From Bdellovibrionales bacterium (GTDB lineage: Bacteria > Bdellovibrionota > Bdellovibrionia > Bdellovibrionales > UBA1609), in the NCBI GenBank assembly GCA_965261545.1, contig CBDHDF010000010.1:256001-320000 (forward strand): DNA of 64,000 nucleotides. The letters are read 5' to 3'. The notes under the pieces were generated by a model that did not search any database, was not told the DNA's origin, and saw only the letters and a program-made list of their open reading frames with translations. Made by a program: the position numbers and the translations under genes. Below are positions 18,485 to 28,244 of the stretch, piece after piece; the stretch's first letter is position 1; each line of letters opens with the position of its first letter.

Positions 18485-19947
18485 AGCCCTGACAAACTCC
18501 AAAAGCCGGGAAAGCTTTTGTCTACGACCTCAGGATGGAGAATGTGAATAGGGATACCTGACTTTTTTAAGACTCCTGCTGCCATGGCCAGTCTGTGATC
18601 ACAGTCTGTGTTAAATGAAAACTCTTGGGTAGGCAAAGAGTTGGGGGAGACTCCTGTGATGGTAAGTCCATCATCCATAAGCTTTATATCACAGCCAATT
18701 TTTTGCAGAAGTTCAGCCATTTTTAAGATGCGATGGGATTCTTTGTATCTTAAATGTTGAGCGCCGTGGAGGAAGCTTACGCCTTGGGCTCTTCCACAAA
18801 GGGCGGCGAGAACAGGAAACATATCCGGACATTCTTTCATATTTAATTCGATGGCTTTTAATTGAGAAGCCTTTTGGACCCTTAGGTTTCCTTGGGAATC
18901 ACAGCCCACGGGTACGTTCATTTGTTTCAGCACATGGATAAAAAGGCGATCAGGTTGGAGGCTTGTTTGAAATGTTTTTGCGCTTGGCTTGTTGGAACTC
19001 AAAACCTTGATGTCCAGTGTATCTTCAGTAAGTGAGGGGTGAGCCTTAATTTCAGAAAATTGGGAAAAGGGGTCCGTGTGGCTATGAATTTCTGTGGAAG
19101 GATCATTTCCAGGATCTTCTGGGGTATCAATTTGTAGGTGAGGGCTCATGATAGCTGTTCCTGAGACAGCAGCAAGAGCAGCTAAGGCAAACATACAATC
19201 CATATCTGGTTCTATGAGGTACTCTTGTGTGTAGAGTGTTTGCCTTGGGGGAACTGTGTACTCATTTTCCCATGACTCCACATGGAGGCCCAGTTTATGG
19301 ATGAATTTGAGTGTCATATTCCAGTAGGATGATGATACCATTTGATGGCTGAGGGAAAAGTGAAGAGATCGGTTCAGTCCCCAAGCATTGAGCAATACGG
19401 CTGAGGCGAACTGGCTCGATCTTGAACTGTTAATATGGATGGCATCTCCCATGATTTTCCAACCCCAGCTTTTAATCTTCATGGAGTCTTTTCCCAGTTG
19501 GACCTCCATGCCAAGCTGTCGTAGGATAGCCACCAACTCTGTTTGAGGGCGAGAAAAAAGCCTTTTGCTTCCATGGAAGAGGTACTCACCGGGGACCCGT
19601 GAAGCCCTTAGAGCTAAGAATCTAAGCACAGTGCCTGCATCTCCACAATCCACTGAGATCATAGAAGGTGTTTGATAAGGAGTTTGATGATGATGGTGAG
19701 AAGCACTTTTATGTTGGTGAGTCGTGCTTTGGTGGGGGGTGGTAGGTTTTTGGTGGTGGCCCAAAGGATTTTCTGACAGGGCTTTAAGACCTTTCTTCAT
19801 AAGGCTCACATCATTGCATGTGGAGTCTCCATTGATTTCTAGGTCTTTAAAGTGATCTTGCAAAAGGAGGGCGCGGTTCAATAAAGATTTGGAAGAGGGA
19901 ACCTGACCTACAAAATAAAAATCTGACATCATCTCACATCCACCCAT
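18481..19947 (-). CDS. aroA: EPSP synthase
   Basis: PSSKS..NRAL, GDAGT..RF, SSQFASA, LRYKESHR, DHRLAMA, VDKSFP. Confidence 0.93.
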   Translation of the reverse strand: MGGCEMMSDFYFVGQVPSSKSLLNRALLLQDHFKDLEINGDSTCNDVSLMKKGLKALSENPLGHHQKPTTPHQSTTHQHKSASHHHHQTPYQTPSMISVDCGDAGTVLRFLALRASRVPGEYLFHGSKRLFSRPQTELVAILRQLGMEVQLGKDSMKIKSWGWKIMGDAIHINSSRSSQFASAVLLNAWGLNRSLHFSLSHQMVSSSYWNMTLKFIHKLGLHVESWENEYTVPPRQTLYTQEYLIEPDMDCMFALAALAAVSGTAIMSPHLQIDTPEDPGNDPSTEIHSHTDPFSQFSEIKAHPSLTEDTLDIKVLSSNKPSAKTFQTSLQPDRLFIHVLKQMNVPVGCDSQGNLRVQKASQLKAIELNMKECPDMFPVLAALCGRAQGVSFLHGAQHLRYKESHRILKMAELLQKIGCDIKLMDDGLTITGVSPNSLPTQEFSFNTDCDHRLAMAAGVLKKSGIPIHILHPEVVDKSFPGFWSLSGL

Positions 19948-20418
19948 TCATCCATCTAGGTTAGTGGCAAGTTTGCTTTTCACTTCCTTGGGAACATCTA
20001 CTTTTTTCCACTCTTTGGAATCTACAAAAACATGAAGGGTTTTGACAACAGCACACAATTTTTCACTCTGAAAGAGTTGTATTTTGAAAGTCACTGAAGA
20101 TGAACTGAGTTTTGTAATGTCCACTTCTCCGACACACTTTTTGCCTGCGAGGAGGGGGGACGCATATTGGCAACGAGCCTCTTTAATGGGCACCGCCCAG
20201 TGGGGAGATTCAAACCACATACTCCACTCAACTCCTTGATCCGTCAAAAAACCTTCAAGCAGTCGATGGGCTAACTTAAAAGTGTTGGCAAAATAAACGA
20301 CCCCCCCCATATCGGTTTCATCAAAGTGAATGTCAAAGCTTTTAGACCATGTGCGTTTGGTCGTTTTCTTTGTGAGGTTTTGCTTTTCGGTGCAGGGGTT
20401 GCTTGGGTGACTATACAT
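19948..20418 (-). CDS. Hot-dog fold acyl-CoA thioesterase (YbgC/4HBT type)
   Basis: FDETDMGGVVYFAN motif. Confidence 0.85.
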   Translation of the reverse strand: MYSHPSNPCTEKQNLTKKTTKRTWSKSFDIHFDETDMGGVVYFANTFKLAHRLLEGFLTDQGVEWSMWFESPHWAVPIKEARCQYASPLLAGKKCVGEVDITKLSSSSVTFKIQLFQSEKLCAVVKTLHVFVDSKEWKKVDVPKEVKSKLATNLDG

Positions 20419-21203
20419 TAGAAATTGTCCTTTTTTTCTCTTAATAAGGTGAAGACTTCGAGTTCGTTGAACTCATTGAGTTCATTGGTTGATGAGTGCT
20501 TGAGGCCCAGCGCATATGCAATTTCTTTGGTGTGTGTGCGAAGAAAGGGATTGCATTGGATTTGGTCTTTTAGCTTAAAGGGAACTGTAAATAAGTTGTT
20601 TTTTCTTTGTTCAATAGTTTTGTCATAGTAATTTTGGAGAGCCCTATTGTGGGGATCCCACTGAAGGGCAAATTCACCATTTTTTAAGGTGTACTCATGG
20701 GCACAGTGGACAACTGTGCCAGAGGGAAGACTTTTAAGTTTTTTGAGGCTTTGAAGAAGCTCTTGAGGTGTTCCTTCAAAGAGGCGGCCACAGCCAAGAG
20801 AAAAAAGGGTGTCTCCACAAAAGAGGGCTTTGTGTTGGGGGAAGTGGTAGGCAATATGTCCCTTGGTGTGCCCAGGCACAAAGAGAATTTGTGCCTCTAA
20901 GCGTCCCACAAGGAGGTGATCGCCCTCTTTGAGGCCACGATCCCATCCAGGTATACGGTGTTTGTCGTATTCAGAGGCGACAATTTGGCAGGAGTATTTT
21001 TGTTTGAGTTCGAGGTTGCCCCCGACATGGTCGGGGTGTTGATGAGTGTTGAGAATCCAGTGAAGACGCCATTGGCGTTCTTGTAAAAAGCTATCTATGG
21101 GGTTGAAGCCTGAGGGATCCACGGCGGCAACAGTTTTGGTGTCCTCGTCGTAGATGACAAAGTTGTAATTGTCGTAGAGGGCAGGAAGAGTAAAAATTCT
21201 CAA
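20418..21203 (-). CDS. gloB: Hydroxyacylglutathione hydrolase (glyoxalase II)
   Basis: DNY, THQHPDHVGG, PGHT.GH, FCGDTLF..GCGRLFEG, CAHEYT; likely TTG start at 21203 after a GGGAGG SD, overlapping the pdxJ stop. Confidence 0.92.
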   Translation of the reverse strand: MRIFTLPALYDNYNFVIYDEDTKTVAAVDPSGFNPIDSFLQERQWRLHWILNTHQHPDHVGGNLELKQKYSCQIVASEYDKHRIPGWDRGLKEGDHLLVGRLEAQILFVPGHTKGHIAYHFPQHKALFCGDTLFSLGCGRLFEGTPQELLQSLKKLKSLPSGTVVHCAHEYTLKNGEFALQWDPHNRALQNYYDKTIEQRKNNLFTVPFKLKDQIQCNPFLRTHTKEIAYALGLKHSSTNELNEFNELEVFTLLREKKDNF

Positions 21204-22240
21204 AACAACCTCCCATGCAAGCTTTTGTTTTTCGAATTCCCATTGGAATTTTTTCTGTTCAATCCCCCATGGGAGCTTTTGCTCCTCGGAGCAGAGGATG
21301 CGATGCATTGGGAAGTTTTTCTATTTTTATGGAGAATTTTTAGATAGTTCTTAATGGTCGTCTCCATTCCGTCGTAGAGGGCTTCGCAAACTAGGGCGTG
21401 TCCAATGGAAACTTCCTCTATCCAAGGAATGGCTTCGATGAGGAAGCCTAGGTTTTTCTGGTTGAGATCATGGCCGGCATTGACACCTATGTTGAGATCT
21501 TTGGCCAAGTGAGCTAGGTTTTTATAGGCTTCTAAGGTGGCATGACTTTTTAGGTTGGTATCATCTTCTAGGATGGAGCCACATAGATGGTTGTCAAAAT
21601 TTTCTGTAAGGTTTTTCTTCCAGCCTTCTTCAAAGCCTTCTGCAAAGTGTTCTGTGTAAAGTTCCACCCGTGAGGGAGCGAGTTCTTGGAGAGCCTTGGT
21701 TTCCCTAGGATTCCAATTCATGGGGTTTATAAAGAGGGAGCTTCGAATACTCTTTGTTTTTAACTTAGAGATGACACCTTTGAGGAGGTGTTTACTTTTG
21801 TCAAGCTCCCACCCAGCATTGGAGGTGAGAACATGGGGGGGATCGGGAACGAGGGTGCACTGTGTGGGTTCAATCTCCATGACCAGGCTTAAAAATTCTG
21901 GACTGGGGTAGCCCTCGATATTGAATTCAACGAGTTGGTGGCCTTTATTGCAGCTTTTGTGGTGGTTTTTTCTTTGGTCGTTGCTACGGTCTGTGGACTG
22001 ACTCTTGCTTTGATTATGGGTTTGCCTTGCGCGTTGGTCATTGATTTGTTCGAGGAGAGAGGAAATTTCAAAAACATCCAAACGGCGTATATGCCTTTCG
22101 TCGGGGCGAGGGTGAATCGTAATCCCATGGGCCCCCCATGTGAGGATATCCTCTGTCATCTTAAGGATATGGGGGTTATTCTTTCCTCGTGCATTGCGTA
22201 AAGTTGCAAGTTTATTGATATTTGTACTGAGTTTTATCAT
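21200..22240 (-). CDS. pdxJ: Pyridoxine 5'-phosphate synthase
   Basis: NINKLATLRNARG, GITIHPRPDERHIR, FNIEG, CTLVPD, VNAGHDL, EVSIGHAL. Confidence 0.95.
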   Translation of the reverse strand: MIKLSTNINKLATLRNARGKNNPHILKMTEDILTWGAHGITIHPRPDERHIRRLDVFEISSLLEQINDQRARQTHNQSKSQSTDRSNDQRKNHHKSCNKGHQLVEFNIEGYPSPEFLSLVMEIEPTQCTLVPDPPHVLTSNAGWELDKSKHLLKGVISKLKTKSIRSSLFINPMNWNPRETKALQELAPSRVELYTEHFAEGFEEGWKKNLTENFDNHLCGSILEDDTNLKSHATLEAYKNLAHLAKDLNIGVNAGHDLNQKNLGFLIEAIPWIEEVSIGHALVCEALYDGMETTIKNYLKILHKNRKTSQCIASSAPRSKSSHGGLNRKNSNGNSKNKSLHGRLF

Positions 22241-22460
22241 GGGCTGTAAACTATCACAGCCTTGTGTTTTTGTGGATTCAGTAACTGATTAAATATGCAG
22301 CATGTTAATTCATCGCTGTTGCAAAATTGTTTGGAGCATTTTCACCAAAAGCCTAGGACCCATGGAAGAGCCAAGGAGTAGATATGTGTAGATTGTGTAG
22401 ATATGTTTAAATCCTATTCACAGGTCACCCCTCCTCTCATGATATTATGAGTTCCTTAAG

Positions 22461-22476
22461 TGGCACGATCTTTGCT
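22461..22476 (+). promoter_or_regulatory. sigma54 (-24/-12) promoter
   Basis: TGGCACGATCTTTGCT is an exact match to TGGCACG-N4-TTGC(W). Confidence 0.8.
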
Positions 22477-22489
22477 TATGTAATCAAGT

Positions 22490-23284
22490 ATGGAATCTTT
22501 AAGAAAAAAATTGAAAAATGGTCGCAATATTAGCAATACAATAACAATGTTCTTTTTTGGCTTGGCTCTTTTAGGGTTGATGGCTTGTAGTGGAGGAGAC
22601 GACAGAGTCCAAAGGAAGCCAGTGTCTCAAGCCCATGAGCATCGAACAGATGGAAATACTGACGGTGATGTCAATGGCACTGTGGAGCCTCCTGAATCCT
22701 TTGATGATGAGTATTATTCTGGGCGCATTTTAGGCTCTCCTCAAGAGGAGTTTCAGTATGGCGTGGATAATCTGGTGTCTTCCTTTATGGACCCCGTGAG
22801 TGAAGAAGCTGGGTTGGGATATGTGAGTGGAGTTCAGGGAGATGACACGGGTGTATGGCTCAATGGATACCTCAAGGTGAATGGAGGTTTTAATGAAAAC
22901 ACTGGCGGTCAAAAGAGTTTTGTTCAAGGAGCCTCTTTTATCAATGTTCTTATTTGGGATGAGCATGCGGGGCTAGAGGCCAAAGAGGGGGGACTGATTC
23001 CAGGCATTAAAATAGGTCCTGCTCGCTTGGTCAGTGGGAAGATTCAAGGCCACAATGTGGAAGTTGAATTTTCATATCGAGATAAAAATGGGTATCTTTT
23101 AGGCTACCTTATATTGATGGGTTCTTACAATACTGAGATATTTTCAGGCACTTTTCACTTTGACAACGAATTCTTCAGCGACTCCAAATACAATGATGGT
23201 GGTTATGGGTGTGATGGCAAAGGAGCCTGTGGACAAATGGGGAGTTTTTCGATTCCCACCTGTCAAATATTTGACTGTCGTTAA
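22490..23284 (+). CDS. Hypothetical lipoprotein
   Basis: Lipobox LMAC; beta-rich domain; four C-terminal Cys. Confidence 0.7.
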   Translation: MESLRKKLKNGRNISNTITMFFFGLALLGLMACSGGDDRVQRKPVSQAHEHRTDGNTDGDVNGTVEPPESFDDEYYSGRILGSPQEEFQYGVDNLVSSFMDPVSEEAGLGYVSGVQGDDTGVWLNGYLKVNGGFNENTGGQKSFVQGASFINVLIWDEHAGLEAKEGGLIPGIKIGPARLVSGKIQGHNVEVEFSYRDKNGYLLGYLILMGSYNTEIFSGTFHFDNEFFSDSKYNDGGYGCDGKGACGQMGSFSIPTCQIFDCR

Positions 23285-23524
23285 CTCAGCCCCATGACTA
23301 GTAAAGACACAATGCCATTCGTCATGGGAGGATCAGAAGAGCGAAATAATGCGTCGCAAAACAAATTTTGATTTTGAATCACTATGTCATATTACGACTT
23401 CAAGTCCCACAACAAATCGTTATACAATGATGGAATGGAGTTCAAATAACAAAGAGTCAAATGGAACAAAACGCACCCAAACTAAAGTAAGCCCACCTAA
23501 TTTTCACCTTGAGGAGACACAAAC

Positions 23525-25876
23525 ATGTCAGGCCATGAAAAAGGACACAACTTTCATCAGGCAGCCCTTGAATATCATCGTCAGGGGAAACCAGGAAAAG
23601 TCGATGTGCAATCGAGCAAAGCCTGTAAAACAGAATACGACCTTTCCCTGGCCTACTCTCCAGGTGTAGCTGCCCCCTGCAAAGAAATCTTTCAATCACC
23701 TCAAAAAGCCTATGAATACACGACCAAGGGAAATCTCGTCGCTGTTGTAAGCAACGGAAGTGCCGTGCTCGGTCTGGGAAATATAGGAGCCCTTGCAGGC
23801 AAGCCCGTCATGGAGGGAAAGGGAGTTCTCTTTAAGCAGTTTGCCAATATTGACGTTTTTGACCTGGAAATTGATGCCAAGAGTGCGGATGAAATCATCG
23901 CCGTTGTCAAAGCCCTTGAACCCACTTTTGGTGGCATTAACCTCGAAGACATCAAAGCCCCCGAGTGCTTTATTGTGGAGGAGGCTCTCAAAAAACAAAT
24001 GAATATTCCTGTCTTTCACGACGACCAACACGGCACTGCCATTATATCAGCGGCAGCTTTTCTCAACGCCTGTGATATTACCCATAAAAAAATTGATGAA
24101 ATCAAAGTTGTCTTCAATGGGGCTGGAGCTGCTTCCATCGCCTGTGCCAAGCTTTTTAAAAAGCTCGGCGTGCAACGAGAACACCTCATCATGTGTGACT
24201 CCAAGGGAGTGATTCATTCGGAGCGACAAGAGGGAATAAATCCCTACAAGCAGGAATTTGCCATCGACACTCCCCACAGAACCCTTGAAGATGCCATAAA
24301 AGGAGCCGATATCTTTTGTGGCTTGAGTGTGGCGGGAGTTCTCACTCGCCCCATGATTGAATCTATGGGAGCCAACCCCATTGTCTTTGCCATGGCCAAC
24401 CCCGACCCCGAAATTATTCCCACAGAGGCCAAGGCCATTCGCAAAGATATTATCGTGGCCACGGGGAGATCTGATTACCCCAACCAAGTCAACAATGTGC
24501 TGGGTTTTCCAAGCATTTTTCGTGGGGCTCTCGATGTTCAGGCCACGGGAATCAACGAAGAAATGAAACTTGCAGCGGTCCACGCCCTCGCCGCCCTCGC
24601 CAGGCAGGATGTCCCTGACAGTGTCTCTGCCGCCTACGACGATCAGGCCTTTCACTACGGCCCCGATTATATTATCCCCAAGCCCTTTGACCCTCGGGTT
24701 CTCATCCATGTCGCACCTGCGGTGGCCCAAGCAGCCATGAATTCGGGAGTGGCCCAAAAACCCATCAAAGATTTAAATGCCTATAAAGAACACCTCGAAG
24801 CTCAACAAAGCGTGAAGCAAGGTTTTATCCGAACCAATATCAATCGAGTGAAACATACATCCTATAACCAGCACCAAGAACTTCCCACCTTGATCTTCCC
24901 CGAAGGCAAGAGTGAGAAAGTCTTAAAAGCCTTAAATGCTATTGAGAGAGAAAAGATCATTCATCCTATTCTCCTTGGTGACGAAATAGAAGTGCGACAA
25001 AAAATGGAGGATCTAGGCTTGGACAACCTTATAGATATTCCCATTTACCGTCCACCGAACCACTCCCATTACAAAAACTACGTGGAATCTTTCTACCAAA
25101 TGCGCCAACGCAAGGGAGTTATGTTGTCAGAGTCTGAGAGACTCATGAGCGACCCCTACTATTTTGCCTCCATGGCCGTTCACCTAGGAGATGCCGACGG
25201 CATGATTTCGGGAGCTATACAAAACTATGCCGACTGTGTGAGACCCATTCTTGAAATCATTGGAACCACAAAAAATCGTGTGGCCTCAGGTCTCATCATG
25301 ATGCTCTTTAAAGATAAAATGTATTTTTTGGCGGACACCACCGTTAATATTGACCCCACGGCTCAACAAATTGCCACCACCGCTATTTATGCCTCCAAAG
25401 CTGCCGAATTTTTTGGCATTGAACCGCATATTGCTATGCTTAGTTATTCCAACTTTGTTGGTAAGCTTGAAAACCCCAAAAAAATGAAAGAAGCCGCTCG
25501 ACTGGTCAAAAAGTTTCACCCCGAATTGAGTGTGGATGGAGAAATGCAAGCCGACACGGCTGTTAATGGAGAGATCACCCGTCGAATTTTTCCATTTTGC
25601 CATCTCAAAGACGGAGCCAATATCCTTATTTTCCCCAACCTTGATGCTGGCAACATCGCCTACAAACTCATACAGCAATTAAGTGAGGGGGAGGTTCTTG
25701 GCCCCTTTCTCATGGGCATTCAAAAGCCTGCCAACGTGCTACAAAGAACCTGTAGTGTTGATGATATCATCAACACCATTGTTCTCACAGCTTTGGCGAC
25801 CCAAGAATATAAGAAGAACCATAGGGCAAAGAAAAAGACCTTAAGCACTCCCGCTGTCCTCAGCCATGTTGTATGA
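23525..25876 (+). CDS. maeB: NADP-dependent malic enzyme fused to a PTA-like domain
   Basis: [44 protein letters not shown]-terminal PTA-like FPEG and DGEMQAD. Confidence 0.96.
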   Translation: MSGHEKGHNFHQAALEYHRQGKPGKVDVQSSKACKTEYDLSLAYSPGVAAPCKEIFQSPQKAYEYTTKGNLVAVVSNGSAVLGLGNIGALAGKPVMEGKGVLFKQFANIDVFDLEIDAKSADEIIAVVKALEPTFGGINLEDIKAPECFIVEEALKKQMNIPVFHDDQHGTAIISAAAFLNACDITHKKIDEIKVVFNGAGAASIACAKLFKKLGVQREHLIMCDSKGVIHSERQEGINPYKQEFAIDTPHRTLEDAIKGADIFCGLSVAGVLTRPMIESMGANPIVFAMANPDPEIIPTEAKAIRKDIIVATGRSDYPNQVNNVLGFPSIFRGALDVQATGINEEMKLAAVHALAALARQDVPDSVSAAYDDQAFHYGPDYIIPKPFDPRVLIHVAPAVAQAAMNSGVAQKPIKDLNAYKEHLEAQQSVKQGFIRTNINRVKHTSYNQHQELPTLIFPEGKSEKVLKALNAIEREKIIHPILLGDEIEVRQKMEDLGLDNLIDIPIYRPPNHSHYKNYVESFYQMRQRKGVMLSESERLMSDPYYFASMAVHLGDADGMISGAIQNYADCVRPILEIIGTTKNRVASGLIMMLFKDKMYFLADTTVNIDPTAQQIATTAIYASKAAEFFGIEPHIAMLSYSNFVGKLENPKKMKEAARLVKKFHPELSVDGEMQADTAVNGEITRRIFPFCHLKDGANILIFPNLDAGNIAYKLIQQLSEGEVLGPFLMGIQKPANVLQRTCSVDDIINTIVLTALATQEYKKNHRAKKKTLSTPAVLSHVV

Positions 25877-27162
25877 AATTTCCACCGTCGTATGAAATGA
25901 AATCCTATGAAATTGCCATTGTCGTGGGTGTCGGACTCAAAGGGACCTCCATGGACGAAATCAAAGAAAACCTGTCTGAGCTACAAGAGCTTGCCCATGC
26001 TGCGGGAGCCAAAGTATTGGCTGTGACCCTTCAAAGACTCCCCAAGATTCATCCCGCCACTTTGATTGGAAGAGGTAAAGCCGAAGAAATTGCCGAACTC
26101 GTTAAAGGCTGCAAAGCCTCTTTGGTGATTGTGGATCACCCCCTTTCAGGAGTTCAAAGTCGAAATTTAGAAAAAAAAATGGAGGCTCGGGTTCTTGATC
26201 GAAGCCAGCTCATTTTGGATATCTTCGCTCAAAGAGCTCGAACCTACGAGGGCAAGCTTCAAGTGGAACTCGCCCAAAGGCTGGACCAAATGCCCCGCAT
26301 GGTGGGTGCGTGGCATGGCTCTCTCTCTCGTCAAGGGGGAGGCATTGGCACCCGTGGTCCCGGAGAAAAAGCCCTTGAAATTGATCGTCGCAGTATTCAA
26401 GAACGGGTCAAGCAAATTCGGCAAAAGCTGGAATTGGTGCGCTCCCAGCGATCCCAACACCGCTCCCAAAGAAGGCGCCGGCAAGTCCCCAGTTTTTCAT
26501 TGATTGGCTATACAAACTCGGGAAAAAGCACCCTTCTCAACCACCTGACTCGATCCAATGTCTTTGTCAAAAACCAGCTCTTTGCCACACTGGATCCCAC
26601 GACGAGAAAGGTGTATCTCCCCCAGATCGGGGAAGCTGTCATCACAGATACCGTGGGATTTATCAGAAAGCTTCCCACTCACCTCATTGAAGCTTTCAAA
26701 GCCACCCTTGAAGAATCGACAGAGGCCGATGTTCTTCTTCATGTCATTGACCTCTCCAGCCCACACATGGAAAAGCATATCCAAGTGGTCAACGAACTCA
26801 TTGATGAACTCGGTTGGAGAGAAAAACCCATCCTCCATGTTTTTAACAAAGTGGACCTTGCTTCTGCCTCCAAGTTTTTTCAAATCAAGGAAACTCCCCG
26901 AGTTTTTATCAGTGCCCAAAGGGGGGAGGGAATAGAAAAGCTCAAACAATGGATGTGCCAATCCCTACAAAAACAACAGCCACTCTTGGAACTGTTCTTT
27001 CCCCAACTTGAAGAGCATAAAATCTATGAACTTGGACACCAAGCCAAACTTCACAAAGTAGAAAAGGGAAGCACGGGAACCATCTGTCATGTCTTCCTCT
27101 CGAAAACCCAACTGGGTCCATGGCAAAAATACCTTGTAAGAACAATCACAGCCACCCCGTAA
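25873..27162 (+). CDS. hflX: GTPase HflX
   Basis: LILDIFAQRA, GTRGPGE, GYTNSGKST, LFATLD, DTVGF, NKVD. Confidence 0.96.
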   Translation: MKFPPSYEMKSYEIAIVVGVGLKGTSMDEIKENLSELQELAHAAGAKVLAVTLQRLPKIHPATLIGRGKAEEIAELVKGCKASLVIVDHPLSGVQSRNLEKKMEARVLDRSQLILDIFAQRARTYEGKLQVELAQRLDQMPRMVGAWHGSLSRQGGGIGTRGPGEKALEIDRRSIQERVKQIRQKLELVRSQRSQHRSQRRRRQVPSFSLIGYTNSGKSTLLNHLTRSNVFVKNQLFATLDPTTRKVYLPQIGEAVITDTVGFIRKLPTHLIEAFKATLEESTEADVLLHVIDLSSPHMEKHIQVVNELIDELGWREKPILHVFNKVDLASASKFFQIKETPRVFISAQRGEGIEKLKQWMCQSLQKQQPLLELFFPQLEEHKIYELGHQAKLHKVEKGSTGTICHVFLSKTQLGPWQKYLVRTITATP

Positions 27163-27214
27163 AAGTAAGAAACTCTACCCTGTCACTCGAAGTTTTCACT
27201 CACTTTCCATAAAA

Positions 27215-27844
27215 TCACTCAAATAATAAATAATAAGTTCCTTTAGCACAAGCCACCGCAGATAAAACAGCTCCTCCCAGTGCAGCTCCTCTTATTGCTG
27301 TTGCTTCAGCCATTGCTTTTGCACTAGTGACTGTTCCCACCAACACTTCTCCTGTTCCTCCTAAGGCCATAGCTGCTCCCACGAATGCTTTTGCAGCCCC
27401 CTCTGTTCCTTTTACGGGCAGGCCCATTTCTCTCTGTGCTGCCAGTGCTTCTTTTTCTTCTTTGAATCCTTCCAATACTACAGCCCCTCCAACACCTGCG
27501 GCGCATCCAGCCCCTATGGAAACAGCGATCCATTGAATCGCAGGCGGCACCACTCCCAATGCAGGAAGAACGGCAAGGTGTATGGGGTCTTCCAAAGCAG
27601 GGTCATCATGGCTAGAACTTTGAAGCATGTCTTTAACACTTTGAACATCATGGAGCAGGGCCTGATGAATTTGGTCCGAGGAAAGGACTTCTTTTTCATG
27701 GCCACTTGATAGTTCCCAATCAGAGTTCTCAGAGATGGCTGAATACCCATAAATGGGAGTCAAAATCAAAGTTGATACAGTGATTATGGGTATAATTGTA
27801 GTAAACATGACTGTCGCTATTATTGTAGGTATAGTTTTAAACAT
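27215..27844 (-). CDS. Hypothetical secreted or membrane protein with a Gly/Ala-zipper C-terminal half
   Basis: Strong SD AAGGAGGT; hydrophobic N-terminus; acidic spacer; GxxxG/AxxxG-rich helices. Confidence 0.7.
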   Translation of the reverse strand: MFKTIPTIIATVMFTTIIPIITVSTLILTPIYGYSAISENSDWELSSGHEKEVLSSDQIHQALLHDVQSVKDMLQSSSHDDPALEDPIHLAVLPALGVVPPAIQWIAVSIGAGCAAGVGGAVVLEGFKEEKEALAAQREMGLPVKGTEGAAKAFVGAAMALGGTGEVLVGTVTSAKAMAEATAIRGAALGGAVLSAVACAKGTYYLLFE

Positions 27845-27902
27845 TACAAACCTCCTTTATTTGAGTGACACTACGACACAAGATCGTTTTCTTTCATTAT
27901 GA

Positions 27903-27918
27903 AGCAAATGCCATGCCA
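27903..27918 (-). promoter_or_regulatory. sigma54 (-24/-12) promoter for the 209-aa gene
   Basis: Minus strand TGGCATGGCATTTGCT, one mismatch to consensus, about 60 bp upstream of the ATG. Confidence 0.7.
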
Positions 27919-28125
27919 AAGTGATGGTGGCCATTTATCACCTAAAAATCTATTTATCTCACTTCAGCACCTATTTAGCGACCAAGCTATGAGTCATATA
28001 TAGAGTCTCATAGAGTCATAATGGAATTTGAAGAAACCCAGAGACATTTAGAGGCACGAAGCGTTATATTCTTAAACAGTGTTTACTTTTAAACACTCTA
28101 ATCCTCCGCCCATCGGGGTCGGTTC

Positions 28126-28154
28126 TTGACACAAGACAATATGCCCTATAGGCT
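28126..28154 (+). promoter_or_regulatory. sigma70-like promoter upstream of the SEC-C gene
   Basis: TTGACA-17 bp-TAGGCT. Confidence 0.5.
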
Positions 28155-28244
28155 CCTAGCTGACACATAAGGTCCTGGTGAATGAAGCTTTTTGATAAGT
28201 GTTATTTGATAAAGGAAAAGCGGTAAAGAGGACAAAGGAACCAA

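Noticed and set aside
21204..21308. Apparent 109-bp pdxJ/gloB overlap
   Set aside because: A TTG at 21203 with a GGGAGG SD gives a typical GloB N-terminus and only a 4-bp overlap
23349..23669. 106-aa ORF upstream of and overlapping maeB
   Set aside because: It overlaps the maeB start out of frame and has no recognisable features
24047..24757. 236-aa antisense ORF inside maeB and the many other short overlapping ORFs
   Set aside because: Shadow frames of well-supported genes, with no motifs or SD
28102..28112. ctccgccca as an att copy of the tRNA-Ser 3' end
   Set aside because: Short, imperfect and in the opposite orientation to the tRNA; no integrase nearby
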